The notes: generated by a model from the letters alone, not told the origin. A stretch of DNA of 64,000 bases from Nitrospirota bacterium (GCA_016201765.1 JACQCE010000062.1:11419-75418); one strand, 5' to 3'; positions 10,415 through 19,890 are shown, counted from the stretch's first letter. A program made the numbers and translations.

Positions 10415-11074
10415 ATCGCCACAAAACCACGAGTCAACAGGGAGATCAAGACCGACAAAATCCGCGTGATCAGCTCGAAGAACGAGCAATTGGGCGTCCT
10501 GCTCGTTCCCGAGGCGTTGCGCCTGGCGGAAGCGGAGGGGCTTGATCTGGTCGAAGTTGCGCCCACGGCCGCGCCGCCGGTCTGCCGTATCATGGATTAC
10601 GGCAAATACAAGTATGAGCAAACCAAGAAACAGCACGCGGCCAAGCTCCACCAACGCGGCACCCAGCTCAAGGAGGTGAAATTCCGCCCCTTCACGAGCC
10701 AGCATGACGTGGATTACAAGCTCCGCCATGCCATCGACTTTCTGGCCGACGGCCACAAGGTCAAGCTGACCGTCATGTTTCGGGGACGGGAGCTCGCGCA
10801 CCAGGAGGCGGGGCACGCGCTCCTTGACCGGCTGAAGACCGCGCTGGCGGATGTCTGCACGCCGGACCATCCGGCCCGGACGGAAGGACGGAATATGATG
10901 ATCATCGTGTCGCCGAAGGCGCAGGCCGTCGGCAAGCGCAAGACGGCGGCAAAACCCAAAAAAGCGGCGGCATCAGGCGCGGTGAAAAAATCGCCGACGC
11001 CGGCCGAGGCACCCGCAGCCGTCGCACCCGCGCCACCCGCGGGTCCGGCGAGCGAAACGACAAAGGACGCATAA
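10415..11074 (+). CDS. infC: translation initiation factor IF-3, probable non-canonical AUC start
   Basis: Strong similarity to the IF-3 N- and C-domains (PPVCRIMDYGKYKYEQ, KEVKFRP, VKLTVMFRGRE). The conserved N-terminal residues (NREIKTDKIRVI) lie upstream of the first ATG at 10466, in frame. ATC at 10415 lies 6 nt after a GGAG sequence. Confidence 0.75.
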   Translation: MATKPRVNREIKTDKIRVISSKNEQLGVLLVPEALRLAEAEGLDLVEVAPTAAPPVCRIMDYGKYKYEQTKKQHAAKLHQRGTQLKEVKFRPFTSQHDVDYKLRHAIDFLADGHKVKLTVMFRGRELAHQEAGHALLDRLKTALADVCTPDHPARTEGRNMMIIVSPKAQAVGKRKTAAKPKKAAASGAVKKSPTPAEAPAAVAPAPPAGPASETTKDA

Positions 11075-11283
11075 TGGCACGCACCAAACTGAAAACACAC
11101 CGGGGGGCGGCAAAACGCTTTCGAATCTCAGGCACGGGGAAGGTCGTCAGCACCCCGGCCGGCCGCCGCCATCTCATGACGGACAAGCGGCGGAACCGCA
11201 AGCGGTCGCTCCGGGGCAATGAGCCGATTTCGGCGGCCAATCAATCGGCGATCCACAAACTCCTGCCGTACGGGGTCAGATAA
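11074..11283 (+). CDS. rpmI: 50S ribosomal protein L35
   Basis: MARTKLKTHRGAAKRFRISGTGKV is the L35 signature. Overlaps the infC stop (TAATG). Confidence 0.9.
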   Translation: MARTKLKTHRGAAKRFRISGTGKVVSTPAGRRHLMTDKRRNRKRSLRGNEPISAANQSAIHKLLPYGVR

Positions 11284-11288
11284 AGTAA

Positions 11289-11376
11289 AGGGGCAAGGGG
11301 CAAGTAGCAAGGGGCAAGAAGAACCATTTACAAATTTTTACAGTCTCCTTGCCCCATGACCCTTGACCCATGACCC
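11289..11376. repeat. palindromic array of GGGGCAAG octamers (left arm) and CTTGCCCC/CTTGACCC units (right arm)
   Basis: aggggcaaggggcaagtagcaaggggcaag ... ccttgccccatgacccttgacccatgaccc, in the rpmI-rplT intergenic region. Confidence 0.5.
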
Positions 11377-11430
11377 TGTCATTTATTATAGTTGGCCTTC
11401 ACAAATTCAGGTTTGAAATTGAGGTAAACC

Positions 11431-11823
11431 ATGCCACGAGCTAAAGGCGGGCCGAAAACCCGTGTGCGCAGACGAAAACGGCTGAAACTGGCCAAAGGGT
11501 ATTACGGCGCCAAGAGCAAACTGTTTCGAACTGCCACCGAGCAGGTCGATAAAGGACGCCAATACGCCTATCGCGACCGGCGGGCCCGCAAACGGACGTT
11601 CCGGAGCCTCTGGATTGCCCGGATCAACGCCGCCCTCGCGCCGGAAGGGCTCTCCTACAGCCGGTTCATCGCCGGGCTGAAAACGGCGGGCATTGGTTTG
11701 GATCGCAAGAGCCTGGCGCAACTGGCCGCCGACGATCCCTCCGCCTTCTCGGCGATCGTCAGCCGCGTGAAGACGGTCCTGCCGGCCGGCGGGAAGTCCG
11801 CGCCGCTGGCCGCAGCCGGTTAA
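11431..11823 (+). CDS. rplT: 50S ribosomal protein L20
   Basis: [20 protein letters not shown]...[24 protein letters not shown] is the L20 signature. About 12-aa C-terminal extension relative to the E. coli protein. Confidence 0.9.
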   Translation: MPRAKGGPKTRVRRRKRLKLAKGYYGAKSKLFRTATEQVDKGRQYAYRDRRARKRTFRSLWIARINAALAPEGLSYSRFIAGLKTAGIGLDRKSLAQLAADDPSAFSAIVSRVKTVLPAGGKSAPLAAAG

Positions 11824-13489
11824 GATCCAGCTCCCACGCCACGCAGGGCATCGTAATCTTCCACCGCTCCAATACCGCGGGGTGGAGTTCGCCGATCCAT
11901 CCCGCGGCCTGTTCGCCGATTCGAATCACGCCGACCCGGCCCTCCAAAAACGACGGATGAACCGCCGGTTCGAGGCGGTAGGCCGCGCCGGCCTCCAACA
12001 TCAACAGCTCCAACGAGGAATGCAGTTCTGAAAAAGCCGCCGACGGCGCGGCGAGCATCGCCGCCAGGCGCAGATCGGTCCGACTCTTCCGGCTGTTGCC
12101 GCCCTCTTCAATGACCGTCGCCACCTCCCCGACCTCGAACATTTTGTGGGGATAGAAGGCGTGGCCTGAGGCCGCCTCAACCCGCAAGAGTGAAGGCAGC
12201 AACCATGGCCGCAGCACGGCATACTGCAATGACAGCGGATTCTCCAGTTCCACCATCGGCGGCTCCGCGCCCATCTTCTCCGCCAGATCGCTGTGCGAGG
12301 AGAGAATATTGGTCATCACTTCCTGAAACCCCAGCCCGATCATCCACCGGCGGACCTGTTCCTCCAGCCGCGTCTCCGGCGACAGCCCGCCCACGGTGAA
12401 GGTGGCCGGCAGTTCCGGCGTCAGCCGGTCGTAGCCGCGCTGCATGGCAATGTCCTCGATGAGATCGACCGGGTGCATCAGATCGCCCCGATAGGGCGGC
12501 GGCGTCGCCGTCCAGCGGCCGGAGGCGGCCGTGACACGGTGGCCGGCCTGCCGCAGCGCGCGCGCAATCTCGCCATCCGCAAGCCGCTCTCCCAGCACCG
12601 CGTCCACCTCGGCGCGCCGGACCGTCATCGATCTGGAAATGTCATGCGGCATCACCACCCGACGGCCGTAGGGCGTCGTCCTGGGATAGACGATCTCGAC
12701 CGGTTCGATCGTCGCGCCCCGGTCGGCCAGATTCTGGGCGAGAAGATTTACCAGCAGACTGACCAGGCGAAGATCGGTCCCCGTGACTTCAATCAATACA
12801 TGTTTATCTCCCGGTCGCACCTCGCCCACTTCCCGGCTGTTGACGATCGGCGGCAGGGAGAGCGGCCGCCCCTTGGCATCGGTGAGCAACGGCACCAGGG
12901 AGGAGCCGCGGAGCAAATGGCCGTACTCGCGTCCCTTCGGATGTTCATCCAGGATCGCTTCAAGCGTCAGCGGCTGGTCCATCCCCAGCGGCGTGAAGAC
13001 CGCCGCCGTCGGCTCGACCGCCGTGTACGTGAGCGGAAACGTCAACGGGTCGAGCCGGTAGTAGCCGATCGAGAGCGCCCGCCGCTTCTGGCCGAAAATT
13101 TCCGCCAGTTTTTCCTGCGTCTGGATGAGCTGATCGAGAAGCGATTGATTGATGTTGCTGTTCCGCGCAACACAGGCGCCCAGAAACGGCCGGATGGGCG
13201 TCACCGGTGCAAGCACTCGAATCTGTCGGAGGACCCGCCTCCCCATCCGACCCGGCAACCCGCGTACCGGTTTCCCGTCATGCAGCCGGATCTGCCTGGC
13301 GATCCCCTCCGCGCACCACCAGTCGGGCCGGTTGCTGTCGTTCAGTTCGATCTTGAGTTCGTCGCCGTCGGCGCCGACCTCCTTGAGCTCCCCTTTCACC
13401 AGCGGCAGCAGCCCCTCGAGGACATCAATCGGAATCGCCCGGCCTGCCAGCCGGGCCAGTTCACGCCGTCGGATCGTAATCGTCGGCAT
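11759..13489 (-). CDS. pheT: phenylalanine--tRNA ligase beta subunit, archaeal/eukaryal type
   Basis: 576 aa (bacterial PheT is about 800 aa). N-terminus [16 protein letters not shown] resembles archaeal PheT starts. B3/4 and B5-like core. Start overlaps the pheS stop (ATGA). Confidence 0.8.
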   Translation of the reverse strand: MPTITIRRRELARLAGRAIPIDVLEGLLPLVKGELKEVGADGDELKIELNDSNRPDWWCAEGIARQIRLHDGKPVRGLPGRMGRRVLRQIRVLAPVTPIRPFLGACVARNSNINQSLLDQLIQTQEKLAEIFGQKRRALSIGYYRLDPLTFPLTYTAVEPTAAVFTPLGMDQPLTLEAILDEHPKGREYGHLLRGSSLVPLLTDAKGRPLSLPPIVNSREVGEVRPGDKHVLIEVTGTDLRLVSLLVNLLAQNLADRGATIEPVEIVYPRTTPYGRRVVMPHDISRSMTVRRAEVDAVLGERLADGEIARALRQAGHRVTAASGRWTATPPPYRGDLMHPVDLIEDIAMQRGYDRLTPELPATFTVGGLSPETRLEEQVRRWMIGLGFQEVMTNILSSHSDLAEKMGAEPPMVELENPLSLQYAVLRPWLLPSLLRVEAASGHAFYPHKMFEVGEVATVIEEGGNSRKSRTDLRLAAMLAAPSAAFSELHSSLELLMLEAGAAYRLEPAVHPSFLEGRVGVIRIGEQAAGWIGELHPAVLERWKITMPCVAWELDLNRLRPAARTSRRPAGPSSRG

Positions 13490-13492
13490 CGG

Positions 13493-15097
13493 TCAGGCGC
13501 CCGGGCCCGTCTCCCCCGTCTCAATCGACACCGACGGAGGGCGAAGCGTGCGAAGGAATTCCAGATCGGTGGCGAAGAGATCACGGATGTCGTGCAGCCC
13601 CATCGCCACCATCGCCATCCGGTCCAGGCCCAATCCCCACGCGATCACCGGCACCGTCACCCCCATGGGGGTGGTGACCTCGGGCCGGAAAAGGCCGGCG
13701 CCGCCCAGCTCCATCCAGCCCAGCTTGGGGTGGCGGACGTGCAGCTCGACCGACGGTTCGGTGAAGGGGAAATAGGCCGGAAGGAATTTGATCTCGTCCG
13801 CCCGGGCCAGTTCAACGGCAAACAGCTTCAGCAGGCCGAGCAGCGTCCGGAAGGTGATCGTCGGATCGAGCACGATGCCTTCTATTTGGAAAAAATCGGG
13901 CGCGTGCGTGGCGTCGACCTGATCGTACCTGAAGCAACGCGTGATCGAAAAATATTTGCCCGGCACGCGGGGGCCGCCGGCCAGCGTCCGGGCCGAGACC
14001 GCCGTGCCCTGGCTGCGCAGAATCATCTGTCGGGCGCGGGCCCGATCGAAGGCGTACCGCCAGCCGGTCGATGCCCCGCCCCCGCCCCGCTCGTGCGTCA
14101 CCGCCACCCGTTCCAAGAGCGCCGGATCGATGTCATCCGCCGGCGCCAATCCCTTGGCGAAATAGACGTCGTGAATGTCGCGGGCGGGGTGAAACTGGGG
14201 CATGAAAAGCGCATCCATGTTCCAGAACTCGCTTTCCACCAGCGGCCCGCGCATCTCCTGAAAGCCCATCGACACCAGCTTGGCCTGCACCTCGCCCAGA
14301 AACTGCCGATAGGGATGGACGCGGCCGGCGCCGATCCGGGGCGGCTTCAAATCGATGTGGAACTTTCGAAAGCGCTTCCCCTTCCACGACCCGTCCTTGA
14401 GCATCTCCGGCGTCAGCTGGGAGACTTCCCCCGCGGCCGACTCGGCGGGGAGGCGCTGGACTAACTCGCGCCCCAGGTCGGTCAGGGCAAACCGTTTTGA
14501 CACCTTTTCATGAAGCTTGATAATTCCTCTCGTTTTCCATCTCTTCTCAATAAAATCTTCAAGAATAGTTTTATGATTTTCCGTGAGTGTTTCCTCACCA
14601 ACCGGAGTGGCGGAAGCGGCCAGCAGCCCAATGAGACCGGTCATGCCCTGTTCGCCGATCACTTGTGACGGCAGGCCGACGCCCGCCAACTCCAGCACCC
14701 CTCCCTGCCCGATCCGGGCCACGCCATGCTGCTTGAGGTTGCCGACCGCCGTGCTCACCTCCAACTGGTCCAATCCCAGCCGCTCGCGCAGGTCCGGGAT
14801 CAACAGACGCGTGCCGGCCTGAAGCGCCTGAACGATCCGCTGTTCCGGAATCAGTTCCGTGGCATAGCGCCGCCCCAGTTCGGTCAACGAGACGAACTTC
14901 GATGTCCGATCCTGTTCAACGCACAGGACTTCCTTCGACAGCAGCCAGCCAAATGCCATCGAGAGGCGCGATTCATCCAGACCGGTTCGTTGGGCCAGTT
15001 GATGATCCCAGGCCGCCGGCTCATCGCGAAACACGGCCAGGACCGTCCGCTCCAGCGGGTGCAGTCCGAACAGCAGTTGCTCGATGGATTGGGACAC
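13493..15097 (-). CDS. pheS: phenylalanine--tRNA ligase alpha subunit, archaeal/eukaryal type (long N-terminal winged-helix extension)
   Basis: 534 aa versus about 340 aa for bacterial PheS. Class II core with motif 3 GLGLDRMAMVAMGLHDIRDLF. About 200-aa N-terminal extension. Confidence 0.8.
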   Translation of the reverse strand: MSQSIEQLLFGLHPLERTVLAVFRDEPAAWDHQLAQRTGLDESRLSMAFGWLLSKEVLCVEQDRTSKFVSLTELGRRYATELIPEQRIVQALQAGTRLLIPDLRERLGLDQLEVSTAVGNLKQHGVARIGQGGVLELAGVGLPSQVIGEQGMTGLIGLLAASATPVGEETLTENHKTILEDFIEKRWKTRGIIKLHEKVSKRFALTDLGRELVQRLPAESAAGEVSQLTPEMLKDGSWKGKRFRKFHIDLKPPRIGAGRVHPYRQFLGEVQAKLVSMGFQEMRGPLVESEFWNMDALFMPQFHPARDIHDVYFAKGLAPADDIDPALLERVAVTHERGGGGASTGWRYAFDRARARQMILRSQGTAVSARTLAGGPRVPGKYFSITRCFRYDQVDATHAPDFFQIEGIVLDPTITFRTLLGLLKLFAVELARADEIKFLPAYFPFTEPSVELHVRHPKLGWMELGGAGLFRPEVTTPMGVTVPVIAWGLGLDRMAMVAMGLHDIRDLFATDLEFLRTLRPPSVSIETGETGPGA

Positions 15098-15110
15098 GGA
15101 AGGAAACGCG

Positions 15111-15839
15111 TTACCGACCCGCCGCCTCGCGCATCTGGCGGATGGTCTCTGTGTAATTGTTGCTGCCGAAGATCGCCGAGCCGGCCACGAAGATCGTCGC
15201 CCCGGCTTCGGCCAGGAGTTTGACGTTGTCCGGTTTCACGCCGCCGTCGACCTCCAGCTCGACCGACAGTCCCCGCGCATCGATGATGGCGCGCGCCTGC
15301 CGGACCTTCTCCAGCGCCTGCGGAATGAACCGCTGGCCGCCGAACCCCGGATTGACCGACATAATCAGCAGCAAGTCGGCTTCGGAGAGCATTGGCTCAA
15401 CCAGATTCAGGGGCGTGGAGGGATTGAGCGTCACGCCCGCCTTGACGCCCCGCTCCTTGATCATCTGGAGCGTCCGGTGCAGATGGGGACACGTTTCCAC
15501 ATGGACGGTCAAATAGGTGCTCCCGGCGTCGGCAAACTCCGGGATCAGCCGCTCCGGCTCGACGATCATCAGATGCACGTCGAGCGGCAGCCGCGTCGAC
15601 TTCCGGGCCGCTTCGACCACCACCGGCCCGACGGTCAGGTTCGGCACGAACCGGCCGTCCATCACGTCAATGTGGATCAGATCGGCGCCGGCCGCCTCCA
15701 CCGCCTGGATCTCGTCCGCCAGCCTAGAGAAATCGGCCGAGAGGATCGACGGGGCAATGCGTACGGGCCGAACCGGCCGCGGCGAGTGTGACGAGCCGGG
15801 CTTCCCAGGCTTCCCAAGCTTTGATGACGACGCGCTCAT
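15111..15839 (-). CDS. rpe: ribulose-phosphate 3-epimerase
   Basis: PSILSADF...HIDVMDGRFVPN...HLMI...GVTLNPSTP...MSVNPGFGGQ...VDGG are the Rpe signatures. Start at the internal ATG (MSASSSK) that overlaps the rsmB stop (ATGA). Confidence 0.9.
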   Translation of the reverse strand: MSASSSKLGKPGKPGSSHSPRPVRPVRIAPSILSADFSRLADEIQAVEAAGADLIHIDVMDGRFVPNLTVGPVVVEAARKSTRLPLDVHLMIVEPERLIPEFADAGSTYLTVHVETCPHLHRTLQMIKERGVKAGVTLNPSTPLNLVEPMLSEADLLLIMSVNPGFGGQRFIPQALEKVRQARAIIDARGLSVELEVDGGVKPDNVKLLAEAGATIFVAGSAIFGSNNYTETIRQMREAAGR

Positions 15840-17311
15840 GATTCCCTCCCCTTGACCAGCCTGGCGGCGAAAAAGCCGTCCATCCGCTCGCCTTTCAGCA
15901 CGGTGGAAAGATAGCCCTCCTGGGTCAGCAGCGTGGCCGCCGAGTCGGGCAGCAACGGCCGGGGATGCTCCAGCCGGAACGTCCGCTGCCGCTCCAGAAA
16001 TGCCTCGACCACCGACTGATTTTCCTCGGGCTCGGTCGAGCAGGTGCTGTAGACCAGGACGCCGCCCGGCTTGAGCAACGGCGCGATATTCGACAGGATC
16101 GCCAGCGCCGTCCGGGCCGAGTCGTGAATCGACCGGGCCGTCTTGATCCACTTCCCCTCCGGATGGCGGCGCAACACGCCGAGGCCTGAACAGGGCGCAT
16201 CGACCAAAATACGGTCGAACTTCATCCCCTCGGCCGTCGGCAGCCGCTTGGCCGCATCGGCCGCCATGGTCCGGATGATGGTCACGCCCAGCCGCCGGTT
16301 GTTCGCCTCCACCACCGCCAGCCGTTCGGGATTTCGGTCGACGGCCAGCACCGAGCCGCGGTTGTCCATCAACTCGGCCATCTCGGTCGCCTTGCCGCCC
16401 GGCGCCGCGCAGGCGTCGAGCGCCGTGTCACCGGGTTTCGGCGCCAGCAGCAACGGCACCAATTGCGACGCTTCATCCTGCACGTAGAACCAGCCCGAGG
16501 CGTAGCCGGGCAGGCCGGTCACCGCCCCGTCATGCTCGACATGAAGGCCGGCCGGGGCATGGGCGCAGCGCGTCGACGCAATGCCCTCCTCCTGCAGGAT
16601 GCGTTGATAGTCGGCCACGCCGAGCTTGAGCCGGTTGACGCGGATCGTCAGCGGCGCGGGCTCGTTGTTCGCCCGGCAGAGCGCGATCGTCCGCTGCGAC
16701 CCGTAGCGTTTGAGCCAGCGCCTGACCAGCCAGGTCGGATGGGAATAGTTGACCGAGATGTGCTCGATCGGCTGTTGCAGGAGATCCGGCAGCGTCCATT
16801 CGTGCCGGCGGATGATCAGGTTCCGCAACAGGGCGTTCACCAGCGGCGCGCTCTTGGCGCCCAGCCGCGCCTTGGTCAACTCCACCGACTGGTCGACCGC
16901 CGCGTAGTCAGGCACCCGCTTGAGCCAGAGCAACTGGTAGGCGCCCAACCGCAGAATCTGCTTGAGGACCGCCTGACGGGTATACGGCGTCTGATGCGCC
17001 ACCTGCTGCAGCCCCCAATCGAGAAAAAGCCGATGGCGCAAGACGCCATTGACCAGTTCATGGAGCAGGGCGCGGTCATCGGATGACAGAGGGGATGACA
17101 GAGGGGATGACAGAGGGGATGACAGGGGGGATGAGAGCGGGGTGGCGCCCTGCCGGGCCGCCTGATCGATCGCCTGCTGCGCGGTCGTCTTGCCCGTGTC
17201 GATTGCGAGCAACGCGGTGACGGCCGCCTGCCGGGCCGGCGTGCCGCGATACGTTGCCGACGGGCTTTTTTTTGAGACACGCGTTGCGGTCATGGCAGCG
17301 GATCTCCGCAC
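15836..17311 (-). CDS. rsmB: 16S rRNA (cytosine967-C5)-methyltransferase RsmB/Sun
   Basis: N-terminal NusB-like domain. C-terminal SAM-dependent methyltransferase with PCSGLGV and DAPCSG-type motifs. Contains a (PLSS)5 repeat. Confidence 0.85.
   Translation of the reverse strand: MRRSAAMTATRVSKKSPSATYRGTPARQAAVTALLAIDTGKTTAQQAIDQAARQGATPLSSPLSSPLSSPLSSPLSSDDRALLHELVNGVLRHRLFLDWGLQQVAHQTPYTRQAVLKQILRLGAYQLLWLKRVPDYAAVDQSVELTKARLGAKSAPLVNALLRNLIIRRHEWTLPDLLQQPIEHISVNYSHPTWLVRRWLKRYGSQRTIALCRANNEPAPLTIRVNRLKLGVADYQRILQEEGIASTRCAHAPAGLHVEHDGAVTGLPGYASGWFYVQDEASQLVPLLLAPKPGDTALDACAAPGGKATEMAELMDNRGSVLAVDRNPERLAVVEANNRRLGVTIIRTMAADAAKRLPTAEGMKFDRILVDAPCSGLGVLRRHPEGKWIKTARSIHDSARTALAILSNIAPLLKPGGVLVYSTCSTEPEENQSVVEAFLERQRTFRLEHPRPLLPDSAATLLTQEGYLSTVLKGERMDGFFAARLVKGRES
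17081..17140. repeat. 12-bp tandem repeat (GGATGACAGAGG x3 plus 2 degenerate copies) inside rsmB
   Basis: Five head-to-tail units. Encodes PLSSPLSSPLSSPLSSPLSS on the minus strand. Confidence 0.8.
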
Positions 17312-17317
17312 TCGTCC

Positions 17318-18322
17318 TCAGACACGGGCGGGCTCACCGAGCATCGATCTCACCTTGACCGGGTGGCCGGCCAGAAATTCCGCCGCCGTCATCCGCCGGC
17401 GGTCGGGAATCTGCAACTCCTGAATCGTCACCCAATCGCGGCCGGTCGCCACGTCGATTCCGCCCGTCCCGCCGTGTCCGGCTGGATGCACCGCCGCGAT
17501 CATCCCCGGCGGCCATTGCCCCGCGCCGCGCGGCGTCACCGAGGCCCGCCAGATCCGCCACGGCTGCTCAGCGTAACTGGTCCAGGCCCCCGGCCAGGGA
17601 TCGGTGCCACGCACCAGATTCACAATCTCGCGCGCCGGACGGTCCCAGAAAATCTGCCCGTCGTTTTTATTCATAAGCGGCGCCATTGTCGCACGGGCAT
17701 GCTCCTGCGGCGTCGCCGCGACGGCCCCTCGCGCCCAAGCGTCGATCGTGTCGACCAGCAGCGAGGCGCCGACGCGCGACAGTCGGTCGGCCAGTTCCCC
17801 TGCCCGCTCATCCGGTTTGATATCCACCGCCTGCTGCATCAGCATCGGCCCCGTATCCATCCCCTCGTCCATCAGGATCGTGGTGATGCCGGTCCGTTCC
17901 TCTCCGCGAATGATCGCCCATTGAATCGGCGCCGCGCCCCGATAGGCCGGCAGCAGCGACGCATGAACATTGACGCAGCCTTTGGGCGGAATCTCCAGGA
18001 TGGCCTTGGGGAGAATCTGTCCGAACGCCACGACGACGATCAGGTCGGGCCGCTGCGCCCGGATCTGCTCAACCGCCTCGGGCGCCCTCACCCGCTCCGG
18101 CTGCCAGACCGGAATCCCCAGCCGCACCGCCGCGTCTTTCACCGGCGGGGACGCAACCGCCTGGCCGCGCCCTTTTGGCCGGTCAGGCGCCGTTACCACG
18201 CCGATCAATTCAAAACCGGTGGCGAGCTGTTCATCAACCCCGCCCGCCCGACGAATCGGGCGGGCCAGGGCCTCCAGACTCGGCACGGCGAACGCCGGCG
18301 TTCCCATGAAGAGCACACGCAT
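17318..18322 (-). CDS. fmt: methionyl-tRNA formyltransferase
   Basis: MRVLFMGTPAFAVPSL...formyl-transferase N-domain (HASLLPAYRGAAPIQWAI) and C-terminal domain. Confidence 0.9.
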   Translation of the reverse strand: MRVLFMGTPAFAVPSLEALARPIRRAGGVDEQLATGFELIGVVTAPDRPKGRGQAVASPPVKDAAVRLGIPVWQPERVRAPEAVEQIRAQRPDLIVVVAFGQILPKAILEIPPKGCVNVHASLLPAYRGAAPIQWAIIRGEERTGITTILMDEGMDTGPMLMQQAVDIKPDERAGELADRLSRVGASLLVDTIDAWARGAVAATPQEHARATMAPLMNKNDGQIFWDRPAREIVNLVRGTDPWPGAWTSYAEQPWRIWRASVTPRGAGQWPPGMIAAVHPAGHGGTGGIDVATGRDWVTIQELQIPDRRRMTAAEFLAGHPVKVRSMLGEPARV

Positions 18323-18366
18323 TGCATCCGTCGATAGGAGTGGACGATCAGCCGCCGCGCGGTGCG

Positions 18367-18933
18367 TCACAACGCGCCGGCTGATTCCTCCCGTTCATCA
18401 TGATCATGATCGCACGTGTGATCATGCACGTGCGTCGTCCGCATCCGCTTGCGATGGCGGCGCAGAAACATGTTCCGTTTCAAACTGCTGATCCGATCGA
18501 TCAACAACCGGCCGTTGAGATGATCAGTTTCATGCTGAAAGAGCCGGGCCAGCAACCCCTCCCCCTCCAGCGTCACCACCTTCCTCGTGCGATCCATCCC
18601 CTGGATCTTCACCCAGTTGGCCCGGCTGACCACCACCCGGTAATCGGGCACGCTCAAGCAACCCTCATCATCCGACTGGGCGCCGCGTCGCTCCAGAATC
18701 ACCGGATTGATGAGCGCCTGGGGTTGCCGCGCGCCGTCCGTGTGGCCGATGTCGTAGACGAACAACCGCAGCGGCACGCCGATCTGCGGCGCGGCCAGAC
18801 CGATGCCCGGCGCGTCATACATCGTCTCGATCATATCCTCAATGAGCCGGTCGATCTCGGCGTCCACGCGCTCGACCGGCCTGGCCGGTTGCCGAAGCAC
18901 CGCCTCGGGAAACTCAACAATGGGTCGTATCAT
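18367..18933 (-). CDS. def: peptide deformylase with His/Asp-rich C-terminal tail
   Basis: GIGLAAPQIG, EGCLSVP and HETDHLNG metal-binding motifs. C-terminal tail HVHDHTCDHDHDE. Confidence 0.9.
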   Translation of the reverse strand: MIRPIVEFPEAVLRQPARPVERVDAEIDRLIEDMIETMYDAPGIGLAAPQIGVPLRLFVYDIGHTDGARQPQALINPVILERRGAQSDDEGCLSVPDYRVVVSRANWVKIQGMDRTRKVVTLEGEGLLARLFQHETDHLNGRLLIDRISSLKRNMFLRRHRKRMRTTHVHDHTCDHDHDEREESAGAL

Positions 18934-19030
18934 GTGACTGGTGGCTTGATGTTTGCACTCATCCCACACCGCGCAGCGTCGACATTCTGACACGCTTCCC
19001 GGCCAAAATCAACCGACTCAGATACAAGAG

Positions 19031-19148
19031 AAGGTGGCTTGGTGGTAAGGTCGCTGGGTAGCCAGGGAGAGATCATTGGAGCGCTGGGTGGCGCCCATGA
19101 TCACGGAGTTCCCCAGCCACCTAACCACCCAGCCACCGAGCTACCTTC
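19031..19148. repeat. palindromic array of degenerate 8-bp units (GGTGGCTAGGT family), copy 2
   Basis: aaggtggcttggtggtaaggtcgctgggtagccaggg ... ccccagccacctaaccacccagccaccgagctacctt. Directly upstream of the tRNA-fMet promoter. Confidence 0.55.
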
Positions 19149-19157
19149 TTACTTTCC

Positions 19158-19187
19158 TTGACACCATCAAGATCGCTCTGCTAGCAT
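19158..19187 (+). promoter_or_regulatory. sigma70-like promoter TTGACA-N18-TAGCAT for the split tRNA-fMet
   Basis: -10 hexamer ends 6 nt before tRNA position 1 (19193). Confidence 0.45.
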
Positions 19188-19226
19188 GCGGTCGCGGGGT
19201 GGAGCAGCCTGGTAGCTCGTCGGGCT

Positions 19227-19890
19227 CAATTCCGCGAGAACAACGTGGAAACCAAACTCAAGGGAGATATCGCAGAGCAGGCGGCCACTCTTCAAGCCCT
19301 GAAGCGTGGATGGGGAGTGCTCAAGCCCGTGGGGGACCGGTTGCCGTATGACCTGGTCCTCGATGTGGCGGGAGTCCTCGTCAAAGCGCAGGTCAAGTCT
19401 GCCTGGCTTGATGAGTCTTCTCAGAATCATGTCATCGACAATCGTCGCACCAAAACGAACCGTCGCGTCATGATTCGAGAGACCTATCAGCCCGAGGATT
19501 TTGACTTTGCGCTGGCTTACCTGCCTGAGTTAGATCTGTTTTATGTCTTCCCGGTCGAGGTTTTCATTGGCTACGGCAGTGAAATCCATTTGGTCGAAGC
19601 CGACAAGCGGCAGCGGAAGCCCCGGTCTTCAGGCTATCGCAACGCTTGGGAGTTGATCTCGCAATGGGCTGCGCAGAAGGAAACTTCTGTGCGATATCCT
19701 GTCAAATTCGGGGAAGCCGGTGATTCGGTAATCCCGAGCCAAGCGCTGGCAGCCGCAAGGCCGCTGGCGAAGGTGTAGAGACTTAATGGCAGGCACCCTC
19801 CGGTTCGGCCGAGGGTGAAGAGAAAGTCCAGACTGCAAACTGGTCCATCGTAGCGAACGCGGGCCAGGCAGCGAAAGCTGTAGCGGTACG
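19227..19890 (+). mobile_element. 664-bp intron in the anticodon loop of tRNA-fMet (probable group I intron), carrying a homing-endonuclease-like ORF
   Basis: The boundary 5' exon ...U | intron ... G | C 3' exon is the only placement consistent with the group I rule (U before the 5' splice site, terminal G of the intron). The 3' portion contains a GNRA hairpin (CAGCGAAAGCUG). The Synechocystis tRNA-fMet group I intron encoding I-Ssp6803I is a precedent. Confidence 0.65.
19245..19778 (+). CDS. intron-encoded PD-(D/E)XK-fold nuclease (putative homing endonuclease, I-Ssp6803I-like)
   Basis: 177-aa ORF entirely inside the intron. GTG start. Motif E(QAA)...PYDLVLDVAGVLVKAQVK fits a restriction-endonuclease-like D...(E/Q)xK core. 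Confidence 0.6.
   Translation: METKLKGDIAEQAATLQALKRGWGVLKPVGDRLPYDLVLDVAGVLVKAQVKSAWLDESSQNHVIDNRRTKTNRRVMIRETYQPEDFDFALAYLPELDLFYVFPVEVFIGYGSEIHLVEADKRQRKPRSSGYRNAWELISQWAAQKETSVRYPVKFGEAGDSVIPSQALAAARPLAKV

Noticed and set aside
17081-17140. Tandem direct repeats considered as a possible CRISPR array
   Set aside because: Units are contiguous 12-mers without spacers, inside a coding sequence. No cas genes.
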